The notes under the pieces are model-generated. The model had not been told where the DNA came from. It was given only the letters and a program-made list of their open reading frames with translations, and did no database searches. The translations under genes were made by a program, and so were the position numbers. Positions 61,672-64,000 of a stretch of 64,000 nt of DNA are shown here, piece after piece (position 1 is the first letter of the stretch; every line of letters starts with the position of its first letter). This stretch comes from the human T2T-CHM13v2.0 reference genome, Homo sapiens. The stretch lies in assembly GCF_009914755.1 (NCBI RefSeq), contig NC_060947.1. One strand, 5' to 3'.

Positions 61672-62112
61672 CTACAAAAACAAAAACCAACAATATAAAT
61701 ACAAGGTTGTAACAATGATAACACTTTACAGAGGAGAGGGTGAAAAGAATATTCATTTTAATAAAAATTTGGGATAAGGTCTAATAACAACATATTTTGG
61801 TGACAATTTTGAAGTCAGCATCTTTATACAATTGCTGTCTCACCAAGAAATTTCTATCCAAACATTGTTTTATTAGTATGGTTCATATCATAATCAGGAA
61901 TTTACTATTCCCAATCAAATTGTTATTAAAACACGTATATAATAATGATGCTTAACTCCCCAAAGAATTTATTCTATCAATCTGTATTTTGCTAGTTTCT
62001 CATTTTATCTCCAGTTTTCTCAAAGTGTATGAGAAATATTCTTTGACAGGTAGACGGTGATATTACCACTTTTGGAGCCAGAGGAAAAGCACTACAATAC
62101 AACTGGGTGAAA

Positions 62113-62113
62113 A

Positions 62114-62152
<39 letters not shown>
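62113..62152. repeat. (TAAA)n microsatellite
   Basis: Direct reading. Confidence 0.95.
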
Positions 62153-62408
62153 GTGTGTGTGTATCTTTGCATACTCAAATCATTGGTAATATCTGTTGCT
62201 ATTAAAATGGAAATAAAGGTCAAGTAGGAATGAGTTTTATTTAGACAAAACAGCTACCTGATTTCCCTTGGCCCCAGTACTGAGTTATTCATTGAGTCTT
62301 TTATTGGGAGTCCTCTACTGCTCAATTGAAAGTTGACACAGGCTCCCAGTGAGGTAAAGGGAAGCACCTAGGTCTTGGCTGGTTAACAGGAGGTATGCTT
62401 CAATGCAC

Positions 62409-62572
62409 TTTATTATTGCTAGTGATGTAGCCACCCTTCTTTAATGGCCTCAGAATATCTTTTCACTGATAGTTTGTTTTTAAATGTGCATCATGTAGAC
62501 TTTTATAAACCTGGTTTCCTAAATTTGGCAGTAAGGATCAGTCAGGTTAAAATCCTAAGAAGGTTAAAAAAG
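62409..62572 (-). pseudogene. FSIP2-like small exon (164 nt; stops, frameshift, acceptor AG>GG)
   Basis: Reads LF*PS*DFNLTDPYCQI*ET / YKSLHDAHLKTNYQ*KDILRPLKKGGYITSNNK versus FSIP2 LFRPSYGFNLTDPYC..YKSLHDPHLK..LKKGGYITSNNK. Confidence 0.92.
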
Positions 62573-63199
62573 CCACAAACAAGTAGATTCAAAAGCATTA
62601 CAAATGTAAAAATAAACGAAGCCACACTTTTAAACATCAATTTATTTAAATGATTAGGCTGTTCACTGAAAATAAAACTTGCAAGCAGAATGGGAAGTGA
62701 GAGAATACAGACAATGGGCTGATTTGGGTAAACCTAACTGCTTTCTCTCTCTCTCCTCTCCCAGGCCTGTCTTTAGGCTGGAAGTGTCCTGTGGAATCCC
62801 TATCTGTGAACCCTATATTCAGTCTTCCTGTAGCCTCAACCTCAGTCCAATTCCTGAACACAGAGGTTGGGATTGACTGTTGTGAAGGAGAGGAGGAGAG
62901 TGCATGTCAAGTTTCAGTAGCTGGATGGACGAAGGCACGGAAGTAGGAATCAGCAGGGTATGTGTGGGTAGGCAGAAAAGACCCCAACCTGTCAGTGAAG
63001 ACTCTTGGGTTGGAGATAAGGTTGGATGGGGCGGCTGAGGCATATCATGGGGCTTTCTGTCATTAAAATGAGGTTTAAGAATTTAAACACTTCAACTCAT
63101 TTAACTTGGTATGTAAAACTGAAGTTAACACAAAGCAAAATCATAGCAAAATGTTTCCCATTTAACAGCAAACTGAAAAGGGTAAAGAAAATCACTTAA

Positions 63200-63800
63200 G
63201 GGAGGAGCCAAGATGGCCGAATAGGAACAGCTCCGGTCTACAGCTCCCAGCGTGAGCGACGCAGAAGACGGGTGATTTCTGCATTTCCATCTGAGGTACC
63301 GGGTTCATCTCACTAGGGAGTGCCAGACAGTGGGCGCAGGCCAGTGTGTGTGCGCACCATGCGCGAGCCGAAGCAGGGCGAGGCATTGCCTCAGCTGGGA
63401 AGCGCAAGGGGTCAGGGAGTTCACTTTCCAAGTCAAAGAAAGGGGTGACGGACGCACCTGGAAAATCGGGTCACTCCCACCCGAATATTGCGCTTTTCAG
63501 ACCGGCTTAAGAAACGGCGCACCACGAGACTATATCCCACACCTGGCTCAGAGGGTCCTACGCCCACGGAACCTCGCTGATTGCTAGCACAGCAGTCTGA
63601 GATCAAACTGCAAGGCGGCAAGGAGGCTGGGGGAGGGGCGCCCGCCATTGCCCAGGCTTGCTTAGGTAAACAAAGCAGCCGGGAAGCTCGAACTGGGTGG
63701 AGCCCACCACAGCTCAAGGAGGCCTGCCTGCCTCTGTAGGCTCCACCTCTGGGGGCAGGGCACAGACAAACAAAAAGACAGCAGTAACCTCTGCAGACTT
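63200..63800. promoter_or_regulatory. L1 bidirectional promoter (YY1 site caagatggccg at ~63209-63219; antisense promoter)
   Basis: Intact YY1 motif; established L1 5'UTR sense/antisense promoter architecture. Confidence 0.8.
63433..63648 (-). CDS. L1 ORF0 (71 aa), intact
   Basis: MAGAPPPASLPPCSLISDCCASNQRGSVGVGPSEPGVGYSLVVRRFLSRSEKRNIRVGVTRFSRCVRHPFL; splice donors after 63543 and 63458 present. Confidence 0.85.
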   Translation of the reverse strand: MAGAPPPASLPPCSLISDCCASNQRGSVGVGPSEPGVGYSLVVRRFLSRSEKRNIRVGVTRFSRCVRHPFL

Positions 63801-64000
63801 AAGTGTCCCTGTCTGACAGCTTTGAAGAGAGCAGTGGTTCTCCCAGCACGCAGCTGGAGATCTGAGAACGGGCAGACTGCCTCCTCAAGTGGGTCCCTGA
63901 CCCCTGACCCCCGAGCAGCCTAACTGGGAGGCACCCCCCAGCAGGGGCACACTGACACCTCACACGGCAGGGTATTCCAACAGACCTGCAGCTGAGGGTC

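Larger units (their letters stand above)
63200..64000 (+). mobile_element. L1HS-like element, intact 5' end and 5'UTR (continues past the window)
   Basis: gggaggagccaagatggccgaataggaacagctccgg...; near-identical to the remembered L1HS 5'UTR including ccctgacccctgacccccgag; CpG-rich; candidate 5' TSD aaagaaaatcacttaa. Confidence 0.92.

Overview
Human-like (primate) genomic DNA, dense in Alu, L1 and LTR elements; no prokaryotic features. The backbone is a minus-strand, intron-containing, heavily decayed paralog of the sperm fibrous-sheath gene FSIP2. About 10 small 5' exons with splice signals lie between 62.6 and 31.4 kb, and two giant exons (21432-10432 and 8433-<1) are riddled with stops, frameshifts and FLAM/Alu/MST/L1 insertions. 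Nested antisense in one intron is a full-length, intact-ORF processed copy of DENND10/FAM45A (357 aa, poly-A, 17-bp TSD). The pair matches my recollection of the FSIP2LP/DENND10P1 (FAM45B) region on Xq26. The window ends in the 5'UTR of an L1HS-like element with intact ORF0, whose antisense promoter faces the pseudogene exons. The least explained structure is a ~12-kb pyrimidine-rich, internally duplicated block (43.9-55.8 kb) that may be the fossil of a giant Lys/Glu-rich repeat exon. All homology and subfamily calls are from visual reading and remembered sequences, not database searches.
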